This document shows positions 10,046 to 19,091 of a stretch of DNA of 64,000 bases, in pieces. The stretch comes from a virus. Under the pieces are notes generated by a model. That model did not search any database and was not told the origin of the DNA. It worked only from the letters and a program-made list of their open reading frames with translations. The DNA lies in the IMG/VR virus record IMGVR_UViG_3300045988_094037; one strand, written 5' to 3'. Numbering within the stretch: position 1 is the first letter of the stretch; each line of letters starts with the position of its first letter. A program made the translations under genes and the position numbers.

Positions 10046-10759
10046 GTGAAATGGTCGGAAATTCTTCCTCAAGAGGCACTGGATTTAAGTGTTCAACTTG
10101 AAAATCATGCTTTAGAAGAGCGCTCTAAAGGAAAGATTTTATTTCCAGAATAGGATAAAATCTTTAGAGCGCTTAATCTTACGCATCCAGAAGATGTAAA
10201 AGTTTGTATTGTAGGACAAGACCCGTATCATACCCCAGGCGCAGCAAACGGGTTAGCATTTTCTATTTCTGATGGGAGCCCCATTCAACCATCTTTAAGA
10301 AATATTTTTAGCGAACTTAATAGCGATTTAGGGATTCCAATTCCGCGGTCTGGAGATTTAACATCTTGGGCAGAAAGAGGAGTATTGCTTCTTAATGCAA
10401 GTTTAACTGTCTATGAACATCAAGCCAATAGCTGCGTTAATTGGGGATGGAGTAGGTTTACGACAGCGGTGCTGAAAGCCGCAACCCAGTTGGCACAACC
10501 TATTGTTTTTATGCTGTGGGGAGCTAATGCTCAAAATTTATTAAAAGATTTAAATTCTAGTCCTATGGTATGGGATGGACCTGGAGTTGCCAGAGAGAAT
10601 TTAATTAAGAAGGCTTATATTTTATCTTCCCATCCAAGTCCTTTTAGTGTAAGTAAACCATGCAAAGGAACTCCTGCGTTTAAAGGTAGTAAACCGTTTT
10701 CAACAGCGAATGATTTATTGCTTTCTATGGGTGGAGAACCGATTGATTGGAGTTTATAA
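10046..10759 (+). CDS. ung: uracil-DNA glycosylase (family 1), one in-frame TAG at 10151-10153
   Basis: Motifs GQDPYH...GLAFS and HPSPFS. The TAG aligns with a Gln of E. coli Ung (YPPQKDVF versus FPE*DKIF). GTG start 10 nt after AGGAG. Confidence 0.75.
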
Positions 10760-10780
10760 GATGGGAGATATAATGTATAG

Positions 10781-12085
10781 ATGATAGAATTACAGAAGTT
10801 ACAAAATGATTTTGAATCTGTACTTGTCCATTCTCAAGATTATCCATTTTATCTCGATTCAAAAAATTTAATCGAACAATGGGCAGAAGCGAAAAAAGAT
10901 ATAATAAATCTTTTTGGCGGAGAATTGATATTAAGAAGCAAGGAACCAATTAAAATTTTTTTGACAGAAGAGCAGAAGAATAAAAGATTTGAAGAGTTTA
11001 TTCAAGCTCTTGATGAAAATGGAATCTTAACTACTGATCTCGAATTATTTTTGAGAGATAATAAAGGAGGATTTTTTGATAACAGGGTTTTATTACCATA
11101 TCCTTCTTTTAATATTCCACTAGGCTCTAAATTATCCAAATCTTTTAAGCGATTTATTAACAGTCAAGAGATTGTTAGATGGGCACAAGATACCGCTTCA
11201 AGATATATGCAAGAAAATAAAATAGAAGGATATTTATATCTTTCTATTCATCCTCTTGATTTCTTAACTGTTTCAGAAAACAATGAAAATTGGTGGTCAT
11301 GTCAGTCTCTTGATGGAGATTATAGAAGTGGAAATCTTAGTTATTTAGTAGATAAAACAACTATTGTTGCTTATTTATCTAATGGTAAACAAGAGCATCT
11401 AAAATGTCTTCCATTAGGAATGAAATGGAATAGCAAAAAATGGAGAATGTTAGTCCATACAGATGGTATCAGAAATATTTATTATAATAGACAATATCCA
11501 TATGAATCAAGAGATTTACTCGCTTGTGTACATAATATGTTACTTAAATTGATTAAATTTGATATGTCTCTTCCTCTTGATTATGGATTTAAAGTAATCC
11601 AAACTCAATGGGGTAGTGAGCAACTTATATATAATCAAATAAATGCAGGTGGACGTATTCATGATACGAGAGATGTAATTGATATGAGTGATTATTTAGG
11701 ATATTCTGATTTAGTTATTTCTAGTACGTACGCACCGATTATATCAGTAAATAATGGAAAGTATGAGGATTATACAAAGCATTTAGATCAAAATAAATAT
11801 GTGGAAGAACTATATTTTAATGATGTTTTTCAAATCAAAATTGGTGAAAGACCAATTTGCCCCTGTTGTGGAACAGAACATATAAATAGAGAAGATTCAT
11901 TTTTATGTAATTTCTGCATATCAGAGAAAGAGGCAGATGAAGATTTCTTCTTGACTTGTAATAGTTGTTATCGTAGAATATATGATGAAGATAAAATTTA
12001 TTGGATGGATGGTAGGCCGTATTGTAAGACTTGCCATAATCTAATGAAACAAGAGGATAGATTAATCGAGGAGGACGATGAATAA
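10781..12085 (+). CDS. hypothetical protein with C-terminal multi-Cys zinc-ribbon clusters (434 aa)
   Basis: Intact ORF; CPCCG, CNFC, CNSC and CKTC clusters. Confidence 0.6.
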   Translation: MIELQKLQNDFESVLVHSQDYPFYLDSKNLIEQWAEAKKDIINLFGGELILRSKEPIKIFLTEEQKNKRFEEFIQALDENGILTTDLELFLRDNKGGFFDNRVLLPYPSFNIPLGSKLSKSFKRFINSQEIVRWAQDTASRYMQENKIEGYLYLSIHPLDFLTVSENNENWWSCQSLDGDYRSGNLSYLVDKTTIVAYLSNGKQEHLKCLPLGMKWNSKKWRMLVHTDGIRNIYYNRQYPYESRDLLACVHNMLLKLIKFDMSLPLDYGFKVIQTQWGSEQLIYNQINAGGRIHDTRDVIDMSDYLGYSDLVISSTYAPIISVNNGKYEDYTKHLDQNKYVEELYFNDVFQIKIGERPICPCCGTEHINREDSFLCNFCISEKEADEDFFLTCNSCYRRIYDEDKIYWMDGRPYCKTCHNLMKQEDRLIEEDDE

Positions 12086-12393
12086 TGGCAGTTAGACGAG
12101 GAGATGCCGCGAAAGACCTAATTACAAAGACAATTCTTTCAACATTTGAAGGCTCTTTTGTTTCGGATAAAAAGATTTACATTTCAGTAAAAGATGGAGC
12201 GAGTGGAGAAGTTGTTCAGATTGCTGTATCACTTACAATGCCTAAGACACCGATTGCGGGCGGAGGAGATAGTACGCTCTCTACATCAAGTTCTGATACT
12301 CCATCCGCAAATAGTTTTACTCCAACTGAGTTGGCTCCAGAGGATAAAGCTAAGATTGAGGAACTTAAAGCCAAGTTGGGAATTACTGATTAA
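12085..12393 (+). CDS. hypothetical protein (102 aa)
   Basis: ORF overlapping the previous stop (ATGA). Confidence 0.5.
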   Translation: MAVRRGDAAKDLITKTILSTFEGSFVSDKKIYISVKDGASGEVVQIAVSLTMPKTPIAGGGDSTLSTSSSDTPSANSFTPTELAPEDKAKIEELKAKLGITD

Positions 12394-12568
12394 AAATTTT
12401 GGGTATGGGTAATTAAGATATTTAATATAAAGTTTAATAATAGTACAAACTTCCTTACTAAAAGGGAAGCGTAAGAGAAATATTTTCTAGAACTTACGCT
12501 TCCTTGAAAAATAAAAAAAATTATTATATAATATATATAGAAAGTTAAGGAAAGGAAGTTTTGAGTTT

Positions 12569-12742
12569 ATGAGTAAATATACTTATGCAGTTTCTTTCAC
12601 TATCCTTGCTACTATTGAGAGTGATGAACCTCTAGCGGAGGAAGAGATTATTTCTCAGGCAGAACTTGAAACTTGTGTGACTAGAGATCTATGTAATGAT
12701 ATTGATATTACTGGTCTTTATGGAACACCTACTCCTTATTGA
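12569..12742 (+). CDS. hypothetical small protein (57 aa)
   Basis: ATG behind the promoter/RBS cassette; below the 60-aa cutoff of the ORF track. Confidence 0.4.
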   Translation: MSKYTYAVSFTILATIESDEPLAEEEIISQAELETCVTRDLCNDIDITGLYGTPTPY

Positions 12743-12746
12743 TTAT

Positions 12747-12775
12747 TTGAAAAATAAAAATAAATATTATATAAT
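12747..12775 (+). promoter_or_regulatory. sigma-70/sigma-A promoter TTGAAA-N17-TATAAT driving the tRNA array
   Basis: TTGAAA at 12747-12752, a 17-nt spacer, TATAAT at 12770-12775; no RBS follows and tRNA-Ile begins ~95 nt downstream. Confidence 0.55.
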
Positions 12776-12870
12776 ATTTATATAAGTTATCGACAGTAAC
12801 TATAAATAATTGCACAGGTAAGGCGTGAGTGGGGCTGATATGCGTTAAATAAAATACTCACTTTATCTAT

Positions 12871-12946
12871 ACTCCGGTAGTTCAAAGGTTAGAACGGGCG
12901 ACTTATAATCGCTTGATGCTTGGTTCGAGTCCAGCTCGGAGTACCA
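12871..12946 (+). tRNA. tRNA-Ile (anticodon TAT)
   Basis: Acceptor ACTCCGG/TCGGAGT; D-arm GTTC..GAAC; anticodon stem GGCGA/TCGCT with loop CTTATAA; T-loop TTCGAGT; CCA encoded. Confidence 0.65.
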
Positions 12947-12986
12947 TTTAAGAGGACAGACCCAATAGGAGGGCCCTCTTGCTATA

Positions 12987-13101
12987 AGACGCATACAGCA
13001 AATCTATTTCCAGAATAGTCAAATGGTTAAGACATTTCAACTCAAAGTGAAAAATTATCGGTTCGAATCCGATTTCCGGAGCTAAATAGCTAGCGTCTTG
13101 A
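12987..13101 (+). ncRNA. Stem-closed structured element A (AGACGC-ATACAGCAAAT...GCGTCT-TGA) containing a tRNA-like domain
   Basis: 5' AGACGC pairs with 3' GCGTCT; the motif ATACAGCAAAT is conserved in four other elements; the interior folds as a cloverleaf with a mismatched acceptor and an 8-nt anticodon loop. Confidence 0.5.
13009..13081 (+). ncRNA. Atypical tRNA-like domain inside element A (8-nt anticodon loop ACTCAAAG, mismatched acceptor, no CCA)
   Basis: Good D-arm, T-arm (ATCGG TTCGAAT CCGAT) and a 5-bp anticodon stem, but an 8-nt loop and an A·C mismatch in the acceptor. Confidence 0.4.
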
Positions 13102-13160
13102 AAACATTTGAAAAACTTTTATAAATATGATATAATATTTATAGAAAGTAAGAAAGGAAG

Positions 13161-13367
13161 TTGCATATGGATAAGAAGTTATATCTTGCACAACTCGCGG
13201 CCGAGGCTCTTTCTTGTTATAAAAATGAGGATAGTATTTGTGATGCTATTTGGCTTATGAATGGTGGAGTTGGTGGCCCCGAGGAACAGTGGGAGAACTT
13301 TAACGCAACTTTCAAGGATACCTTTGGTATTTCTTATGATGAAGCTAAACAACTGAATCTTTTTTGA
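13161..13367 (+). CDS. hypothetical protein (68 aa)
   Basis: ORF behind the promoter/RBS cassette. Confidence 0.55.
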   Translation: MHMDKKLYLAQLAAEALSCYKNEDSICDAIWLMNGGVGGPEEQWENFNATFKDTFGISYDEAKQLNLF

Positions 13368-13392
13368 AAAACAATAAAAAATATTGTATAAT
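13364..13392 (+). promoter_or_regulatory. sigma-A-type promoter TTGAAA-N17-TGTATAAT (for a tRNA/ncRNA unit)
   Basis: Extended -10 TGTATAAT; the same 30-mer recurs at 14656 and 43030. Confidence 0.5.
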
Positions 13393-13401
13393 ATTTATAT
13401 A

Positions 13402-13476
13402 AGGCAGACACAGCAAATCTTTTATTAAATAAAACACTTATTTTTGGTTTAAGAAAGTTTATTTATTCTGCCTTGA
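13402..13476 (+). ncRNA. Stem-closed element D (AGGCAGA-CACAGCAAATC...TCTGCCT-TGA)
   Basis: A 7-bp closing stem with the conserved ACAGCAAAT motif; AT-rich interior; immediately precedes tRNA-Asn. Confidence 0.45.
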
Positions 13477-13480
13477 GCTT

Positions 13481-13557
13481 GGGTCGGTAGCTCAGAAGAG
13501 TAGAGCGCTTGCCTGTTAAGCAAGATGTCGTGGGTTCGAGCCCCACCCTTCCCGCCA
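13481..13557 (+). tRNA. tRNA-Asn (anticodon GTT), acceptor stem with two mismatches
   Basis: Anticodon arm CTTGC-CTGTTAA-GCAAG; T-arm GTGGG-TTCGAGC-CCCAC; CCA encoded; acceptor GGGTCGG/CCTTCCC is imperfect. Confidence 0.5.
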
Positions 13558-13683
13558 AAGTCGAGTTTGTGAGTAGCGCCGCGACTTTAACCCTAAACTC
13601 TCAATTCGTCCACTGCGAACTAAAATAATAGGCTGGCCCAATAGAGCGACGGGTAGTTCTGAAACAAATAGTTGCTCTTTTAT

Positions 13684-13760
13684 GTTCTCGTGGTGCAATA
13701 GGCAGACACGCGTGGTTTAGAACCATGATGTTGCGGGTTCGACTCCCGCCGGGAACACCA
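13684..13760 (+). tRNA. tRNA with anticodon TAG (Leu by anticodon) but a class-I short variable arm
   Basis: Acceptor GTTCTCG/CGGGAAC; anticodon arm CGTGG-TTTAGAA-CCATG; T-arm GCGGG-TTCGACT-CCCGC; CCA encoded. Confidence 0.5.
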
Positions 13761-13917
13761 GATGGTTCCGGTGACATTGTCTTAAACCCATATAACCGGC
13801 GGAGCTATGGCCCGTAGTTGAAGACTGGATTTCTTGTCGTAAATGGCCAAGCATTTATGATGGCTAGTCAGTATTAAAAGAGGAAGCCTTGGAACTCGAT
13901 CAATACCATAGAAATAT

Positions 13918-14004
13918 GCGCGTGTGCTGGAATCGGCAGACAGGCGAGCTTGAGGTGCTCGTGTTCGTAAGAGCGTATGGGTTCAAGTCCCATCATGCGC
14001 ACCA
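13918..14004 (+). tRNA. tRNA-Leu (anticodon GAG), class II
   Basis: Acceptor GCGCGTG/CATGCGC; anticodon arm CGAGC-TTGAGGT-GCTCG; long variable arm; T-loop TTCAAGT; CCA. Confidence 0.7.
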
Positions 14005-14108
14005 TGGTTTCTACTGATTTCCCATGCCCAATAAGTCAGAAGTGTGATATATGTGAACGACGAGGCGCAAAGCACACGGGGTGCGTATGACCCTTCCTCG
14101 CCTTATAC

Positions 14109-14653
14109 GGTGGCGTAGTTCAGTAGGCTAGAACGTCGGCCTGTCTTGGAAATTGATAGAGAATATCTTTAGAGAGAGGATTAATAGCATTGGAGAAATT
14201 AAATCCATCTCAGATTGGAGATATTACAGAGCTTAAATGTTAGGTGTATTTAATTGAGAACGGTTGGAATGTTCTTATCCCGATTGGAAATCATCAAAAG
14301 TATGATTTAGTGATAGAGAAGAACGGCAAATTCTATAAAATTCAAGTAAAACACGCTATGCCGGTAGAGGAAACTGGATTTCTTGTTCGTACTAAATATG
14401 AAGTGCGAGAAAACGGAAAAGTTAAAAAAATGACTTATTCTGCTAAAGATGTAGACTATTTTATGACAGAGTTTAATGGAAAGTTTTATATGTTCCCCGT
14501 TTTTGGAACAGTAGAGACTAAGTTTTGGACTGTTGCCACAAGATTATCTACTCAAAAGCAGGCTAAAGATTTTAAAGCTGAAGATATTCTATCCACACTA
14601 TAATCACTAAGGCACGCCGAAGGTCACGGGTTCAAACCCCGTCGTCATCGCCA
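14109..14653 (+). tRNA. tRNA-Asp (anticodon GTC) interrupted in the anticodon loop by a 468-nt intervening sequence (14145-14612)
   Basis: 5' part GGTGGCG-TA-GTTC..GAAC-G-TCGGC-CTGT, then 468 nt, then CAC-GCCGA-AGGTC-ACGGG-TTCAAAC-CCCGT-CGTCATC-G-CCA. Joining the halves restores the canonical Asp loop CUGUCAC. Confidence 0.6.
14244..14603 (+). CDS. ORF within the tRNA-Asp intervening sequence (119 aa; possible small nuclease / homing endonuclease)
   Basis: GTG-start ORF filling most of the insertion; carries a D..ExK-like YDLVIEKNGKFYKIQVK segment; no family confidently recognised. Confidence 0.45.
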   Translation: MYLIENGWNVLIPIGNHQKYDLVIEKNGKFYKIQVKHAMPVEETGFLVRTKYEVRENGKVKKMTYSAKDVDYFMTEFNGKFYMFPVFGTVETKFWTVATRLSTQKQAKDFKAEDILSTL

Positions 14654-14655
14654 AT

Positions 14656-14684
14656 TTGAAAAACAATAAAAAATATTGTATAAT
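14656..14684 (+). promoter_or_regulatory. sigma-A-type promoter TTGAAA-N17-TGTATAAT
   Basis: TTGAAA at 14656-14661, a 17-nt spacer, TATAAT at 14679-14684; sits directly after tRNA-Asp with no ORF downstream. Confidence 0.5.
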
Positions 14685-14867
14685 ATTTATATAAGGTTAA
14701 GAAAGAACAAAGTATCGCAAGTCGTATATAGGCAGCGATAGCGCGCAAGCGAATCAGCAATGCGGTGTCCCTTTTAGGTTGATGCCTGGCACATTGGACT
14801 GTAGTAGCCGATAAATTAGAGCGTAGTTCTCCTTGATTGACACGACCAATCATCTTAATCACAATAT

Positions 14868-14943
14868 GGGGCATTAGCTCAGTTGGGAGAGCGCCTGCCT
14901 TGCAAGCAGGAGGTCACGAGTTCGACCCTCGTATGTTCCACCA
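14868..14943 (+). tRNA. tRNA-Ala (anticodon TGC)
   Basis: G3·U70 in the acceptor; anticodon arm CCTGC-CTTGCAA-GCAGG; T-loop TTCGACC; CCA. Confidence 0.8.
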
Positions 14944-15195
14944 TAGGTATCTACTAATAATTATATATGATACCGTCTAATGATTACAGGTTTTTATTGA
15001 TTTCATTGCCATAAGAACAATAGGGCATTCCTATTTCCGTCCTTAATAGAAATAGGTGGTTTTCAGTGACGCCGCTGTTCACCAACTAGAAGATAAGTTA
15101 ATATTCTCTTTATATATAGTAATGACAGTATAGCTTATAATAAACAATAGCTATTATTAAATAAGACAGAAAGAGATTATTAAAAGTGCAGATAT

Positions 15196-15270
15196 GCTCG
15201 GTTAGTCAAGCGGTAAAGACGCTGGCCTTTCACGCCAGAAACACGGGTTCGACTCCCGTACCGAGTACCA
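15196..15270 (+). tRNA. tRNA-Glu (anticodon TTC)
   Basis: Anticodon arm CTGGC-CTTTCAC-GCCAG; T-arm ACGGG-TTCGACT-CCCGT; CCA. Confidence 0.75.
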
Positions 15271-15298
15271 TTAAACAATAGAAAAGGAGATTGCTATT

Positions 15299-15535
15299 AT
15301 GAAGAATGTTCACGGGAAGTTCAACTCTTTCGCAGAGCTTGGTAAGGCTCTCGGAATTAAGGTTCCGCAGAATGTGGAAAAGGAACGTAAGTGTTCTAAT
15401 TGCGGAAACCCGCTTCGCAAGATTGGTAATACAAATGTTTATATTTGTGATTATTCCATTCTTGAGGACAACGAGTTGAACGGAACTCCCGTGCAGGTGT
15501 TCACTAAATGTGGCGCCGTCGAACTTAGCGATTAA
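15299..15535 (+). CDS. zinc-ribbon protein (78 aa)
   Basis: AAAAGGAGA RBS; CxxC ... CDY ... C arrangement. Confidence 0.55.
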   Translation: MKNVHGKFNSFAELGKALGIKVPQNVEKERKCSNCGNPLRKIGNTNVYICDYSILEDNELNGTPVQVFTKCGAVELSD

Positions 15536-15574
15536 CTAAAAGACCTGAGCAAGTCAATAAACTGCTCTTTAAAT

Positions 15575-15652
15575 GGCCTTGTCGACGAAATGGCAAAGTC
15601 GCCACCCTCTCAAGGTGGAGGTTGATGGGTTCGAATCCCTCCAAGGTCACCA
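15575..15652 (+). tRNA. tRNA-Glu (anticodon CTC), imperfect D and T stems
   Basis: Acceptor GGCCTTG/CAAGGTC; anticodon arm CCACC-CTCTCAA-GGTGG; T-loop TTCGAAT; CCA. Confidence 0.5.
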
Positions 15653-15963
15653 GATGTATGGGTTCCACAGTTTCGAGTGAAAGAAAAGACGGGCCTTTCT
15701 TGTGCGTAGAGTATGGTACGGCAAGAATGAATTATTGATATGTGGCACGCCCTTGCTTAATTAAAGTGAAACGGTTCCGGCTGATACATCCAGCGGAGGG
15801 GCGCAAGAGTACCGTGGCTATTAGAGTTATTCCAAAATATAGAATATATGAGGCGAGAATAAAAAGCGAGGAGTGGCAACGCAGACCAACTCAAGAGTGT
15901 CTAGGCGTTAAGTAGTAAAAATATATTTTGGTTTCATTATAATTTAATTCTAATAGCTGTATA

Positions 15964-16038
15964 TCGCGGGAAGGGTGTTGGTTCCCAGTCGAGTCTCATA
16001 AACTCGATTACGCGAGTTCAATTCTCGCTCCCGCACCC
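15964..16038 (+). tRNA. tRNA-Met (anticodon CAT), initiator-like C1·A72 mismatch
   Basis: Acceptor CGCGGGA/TCCCGCA; anticodon loop CTCATAA; T-arm GCGAG-TTCAATT-CTCGC; CCA. Confidence 0.65.
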
Positions 16039-16436
16039 ATTAGGTGCCAAGAACCTAAAGGCTCAGTTGAAGCAGCTTTATATAGCGCTGTATAAAGAAA
16101 TCGGCTGGCTGAGAGATAAAATCTGGAGTAACGAAAAGGGTTCGGGGATGGAAGTCAACGACCTCGTTAAAAAATTAAGTTGGCACCGATTATTTTCTCA
16201 ATAGAGATTTATATATAAAAGACTAGCGAATCGGGAACCTATCAAAAGTGCAAGATAGGCTGTTAGAATGGCACTACCGATTAAAATAAATTAAGGAGGT
16301 ATTAAAAAATGATGGATATTGATGATTTCATTTTCGCAGAAACAGAAGTTATTCATAGTGATAGATAACTTTTATGTTTAATGCGGCCGCCGATAGGTGA
16401 TGGTTCCAAGCCCATAAAACGCAGAGGAAACATATT

Positions 16437-16529
16437 TGGAGGGGTGGCAGAGTAGGTTGAATGCGAGGGATTGCTAATCCCTTGATTGTGGAAACACGGT
16501 CCGGAGGTTCGAATCCTCTCCCCTTCGCC
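16437..16529 (+). tRNA. tRNA-Ser (anticodon GCT), class II
   Basis: Anticodon arm AGGGA-TTGCTAA-TCCCT; long variable arm; T-arm GGAGG-TTCGAAT-CCTCT; CCA. Confidence 0.75.
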
Positions 16530-16561
16530 AATAGCCAATCGGGATAAGACACTGTTGTATA

Positions 16562-16826
16562 TGCCGGCCGCATATAAACGAGGCTATTGTGTCAACTACG
16601 AAAACCGACTAAGTAGTTCCGTTTGCTTGCGGTGACAATACAAGCGATTAACGAAATAATAGGGCTTGTGAAGGTTTGGAAGTATAGCCGCCTGCCGGTC
16701 TCAATGAGACAAAAACAACTTCAATATAATCTCGTCAAGTTTTTCGGTACTGCTGCGGGAGCCTATGGGGAAGAGAAGGCCAAAACCGAAAGACAGAGGA
16801 ATGGGTTCGACTCCCATACGGCCGGC
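16562..16826 (+). ncRNA. ~265-nt element whose 5' GCCGGCCG pairs with 3' CGGCCGGC right next to a canonical T-arm (tRNA-like acceptor/T domain with a large insertion, no CCA)
   Basis: T-arm ATGGG-TTCGACT-CCCAT at 16801-16817 abuts the 3' stem strand; the 5' strand lies 250 nt upstream; the track ORF 16623-16832 falls inside and is probably spurious. Confidence 0.35.
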
Positions 16827-16914
16827 GATTAAGCTGGCGGTTGGTGTATAGTGCGGAAACGAGCATACTGTCGATTTTCTTAACCCGAGCCGGGGTTTAT
16901 ACCGGCCATTATAC

Positions 16915-16990
16915 GCTGGATTAGCTCAATAGGTAGAGCAATCGCCTTGTAAGCGATAGGTTAAGAGTTCGAGTCTCTTATCCAGCTCCA
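16915..16990 (+). tRNA. tRNA-Thr (anticodon TGT)
   Basis: Acceptor GCTGGAT/ATCCAGC; anticodon arm ATCGC-CTTGTAA-GCGAT; T-arm AAGAG-TTCGAGT-CTCTT; CCA. Confidence 0.75.
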
Positions 16991-17171
16991 GCCTCGGCAG
17001 AGGCGTTTAAACGCGGCAAGAAAGCCTGCAAGATATTGTGGCCACTTTATCAAGCAGTCCGTATGGTAAATCGAGTCGGATAGGGTTAGATAGGGCGCAG
17101 AGAATTGTACCGCCAATTCCGAGCGCAAAGGCCGGAGGCTAATACCCGATATTAAAATCTATTGCCAATAT

Positions 17172-17248
17172 GTTGTGCGTAGCTTAATTGGTAGAGCATC
17201 AGATTGTGGCTCTGAGAGGTGCGAGTTCAAGTCTCGTCGTACACCCCA
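17172..17248 (+). tRNA. tRNA-His (anticodon GTG) with G-1
   Basis: Extra 5' G pairing with C73; anticodon arm TCAGA-TTGTGGC-TCTGA; T-arm GCGAG-TTCAAGT-CTCGT; CCA. Confidence 0.7.
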
Positions 17249-17316
17249 TAGACCTATTCAGCAACTTTAAATCATATGTTTTTGGTACATAATAAGATGA
17301 AAAGGGGTCTAGTAAA

Positions 17317-17475
17317 ATGAATTTAAAAACTATAAAGCAGGCTCAAAAGAAATCTCCAGAAGAGCTGCAAGAATATCTTCATTTTAAACAGAGAGGTTCT
17401 ATAACAAGAGCAAAGAAAGGAAAAGGTTCCTTTAATAGAAAACTCAAGCATAAAAATCTTTTTGAAAATTCTTAA
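17317..17475 (+). CDS. hypothetical basic small protein (52 aa)
   Basis: ATG after AAAAGGGG; below the track cutoff. Confidence 0.35.
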   Translation: MNLKTIKQAQKKSPEELQEYLHFKQRGSITRAKKGKGSFNRKLKHKNLFENS

Positions 17476-17525
17476 TTTTTATTATATAATATATATAGAA
17501 AGTTAAGGAAAGGAAGTTTTGAGTT

Positions 17526-17801
17526 ATGATTATTGCTTCTGCAATTAAATTTATTCCTCACTTTAGTAAGTACCCTGTAATTATTTGCGGGAAGCGCCAT
17601 GCAGATTGCCTCGAAGAAGCATATCAGATGGGGTATGAATGGGATAAAGAAGATTTAGTGCAAGGGTTCTTGACTGATGATGCTAAATTCCTTGATAGAT
17701 ACGACGCAAAGCCTGAAGCCCGCAGATGTAGACAGTTAATTGTCGATGATGACAAATATCGAGAATTGTTTAGTGAAGATATGTGGCTAGAGGAGGATTA
17801 A
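17526..17801 (+). CDS. hypothetical protein (91 aa)
   Basis: Behind the promoter/RBS cassette (17470-17520). Confidence 0.55.
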   Translation: MIIASAIKFIPHFSKYPVIICGKRHADCLEEAYQMGYEWDKEDLVQGFLTDDAKFLDRYDAKPEARRCRQLIVDDDKYRELFSEDMWLEED

Positions 17802-18022
17802 GTGTGAGAGACGCAAATCGCATTTCTAGTATTGCTAATAAGATTGAGGTTATTTGGCGAAAGACTAATCCAAATCTGCGCTTTTGGCAATTTCTTGAAG
17901 TGCTAGTTTGTAGATGTAATGCAGATCATTCTCTTACTGATCGTAAAACTATGAATGAGATGTTCTATGTTGAGGATGAAGATTTTGAAAAGATTCTCGA
18001 TAATATCCTAAGTGAACTTTAA
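17783..18022 (+). CDS. hypothetical protein (79 aa; alternative GTG start at 17804)
   Basis: ORF from the track; the GAGGAGG RBS favours GTG at 17804. Confidence 0.45.
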   Translation: MARGGLSVRDANRISSIANKIEVIWRKTNPNLRFWQFLEVLVCRCNADHSLTDRKTMNEMFYVEDEDFEKILDNILSEL

Positions 18023-18034
18023 AAGTTTACAGTC

Positions 18035-18111
18035 GCGTGTGTAGCTCAGTAGGCTAGAGCACCTGCCTTTTAAGCAGGGAGTCGCGAGTTCGAATCTCGC
18101 CACACGCACCA
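18035..18111 (+). tRNA. tRNA-Lys (anticodon TTT)
   Basis: Acceptor GCGTGTG/CACACGC; anticodon arm CCTGC-CTTTTAA-GCAGG; T-arm GCGAG-TTCGAAT-CTCGC; CCA. Confidence 0.8.
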
Positions 18112-18379
18112 TTTCTACTCTTGAGTGAGACACAACTGTTATTCTGTGCACGAGAATTTTCAGTCAAGGTTAAACCGAGTAGCGTTTCTGGTAGTCTGGC
18201 GTTACGAAGACTGCATGACTTAGGGACAACTTGATGACGATTCTCTGATTCAAGAAGAAGAAAACAATTTCGTTCATCTCCGCATTTTGGTTTGTTTTGT
18301 TTGAGCGGGTTATCTGTGAACAAACGACAAAGTCGACTTGGGTTAGGTAGTACCTCTAAAAAACAGGGAAACTACCATA

Positions 18380-18455
18380 TGCAGGATTAGTGTTAGCGGC
18401 TAGCACGTCTGCCTTCCAAGCAGAAAGGGCCGGTTCGAATCCGGTATCTTGCTCC
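18380..18455 (+). tRNA. tRNA-Gly (anticodon TCC)
   Basis: Anticodon arm TCTGC-CTTCCAA-GCAGA; T-arm GCCGG-TTCGAAT-CCGGT; CCA. Confidence 0.75.
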
Positions 18456-18682
18456 ACCCCTCGTAGCCGGGGCGAATAGACTGCGGGAAGCTCCTCCTCG
18501 GAGGCGTATAAAGGAAAGCCACGCCATTCTTCGGCGGAAAAGTTGAAAGTGATAAACTGGGTGTCAAAAAACTTTCTGTTGGCGGACATAACGCTGGGCT
18601 GTCGTCGAGGTATGCCCTAAGGCCTCAGACTGGGGAAATGGTTCTCCTCAATGCGGGTGACGCCGAAACGAACCTATTATAT

Positions 18683-18759
18683 GCTTCGGTAGTTCAGTTG
18701 GTTAGAATACGCGACTGATAATCGCGAGGTCGGCAGTTCAAATCTGCCTCGGAGCACCA
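18683..18759 (+). tRNA. tRNA-Ile (anticodon GAT)
   Basis: Anticodon arm CGCGA-CTGATAA-TCGCG; T-arm GGCAG-TTCAAAT-CTGCC; CCA. Confidence 0.75.
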
Positions 18760-18998
18760 ACCGAATGTCAGCCTTGATAGATGGCAGGGTGAATACCTAA
18801 CGCAAAATTCTATCATGTGCAAAGAGTTCGGTTCGAAAAATTCTTTGTGGGACAAAGACCACAGAGGCCATGCTACACTAGGGTGTCATGCTGCTTTGAC
18901 TAGAGTGTAGAACAAAAGGCTTTTGTTTATCGAGTTCGCCCGTCAGTGGAAGCAGCTCCAAAGTAACTCGATTAGGGCTGGGGACGCTCAGCTTACAT

Positions 18999-19073
18999 AG
19001 GGCGATCGGTTAATGGCTAAACCAATGGTCTCCAAAACCATGACTGTAGGTTCGAATCCTACTCGCCCTGCCA
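18999..19073 (+). tRNA. tRNA-Trp (anticodon CCA)
   Basis: Acceptor AGGGCGA/TCGCCCT; anticodon arm ATGGT-CTCCAAA-ACCAT; T-arm GTAGG-TTCGAAT-CCTAC; CCA. Confidence 0.75.
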
Positions 19074-19091
19074 ATAAAAGGGGAGAGTGCC

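Noticed and set aside
12993-13003. ATACAGCAAAT as a Bacteroidetes-type promoter (reverse complement resembles TAnnTTTG)
   Set aside because: Only one of the five copies gives a proper TAnnTTTG on the opposite strand; the covarying flanking stems argue for an RNA or structural element instead.
14145-14612. Group I intron core (P7 GACUA/UAGUC, R/S boxes)
   Set aside because: AGAGACTAAG is present at ~14520, but I could not find the complementary P7 3' strand or a convincing P3-P8 by eye, so the intron class is left open rather than asserted.
16299-16367. 19-aa ORF with a strong AAGGAGG RBS (possible leader peptide)
   Set aside because: Too short, with no downstream regulated gene; left unannotated.
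16623-16832. 69-aa ORF inside the tRNA array
   Set aside because: TTG start, no RBS, and it overlaps a T-arm/acceptor-like RNA element; probably non-coding.
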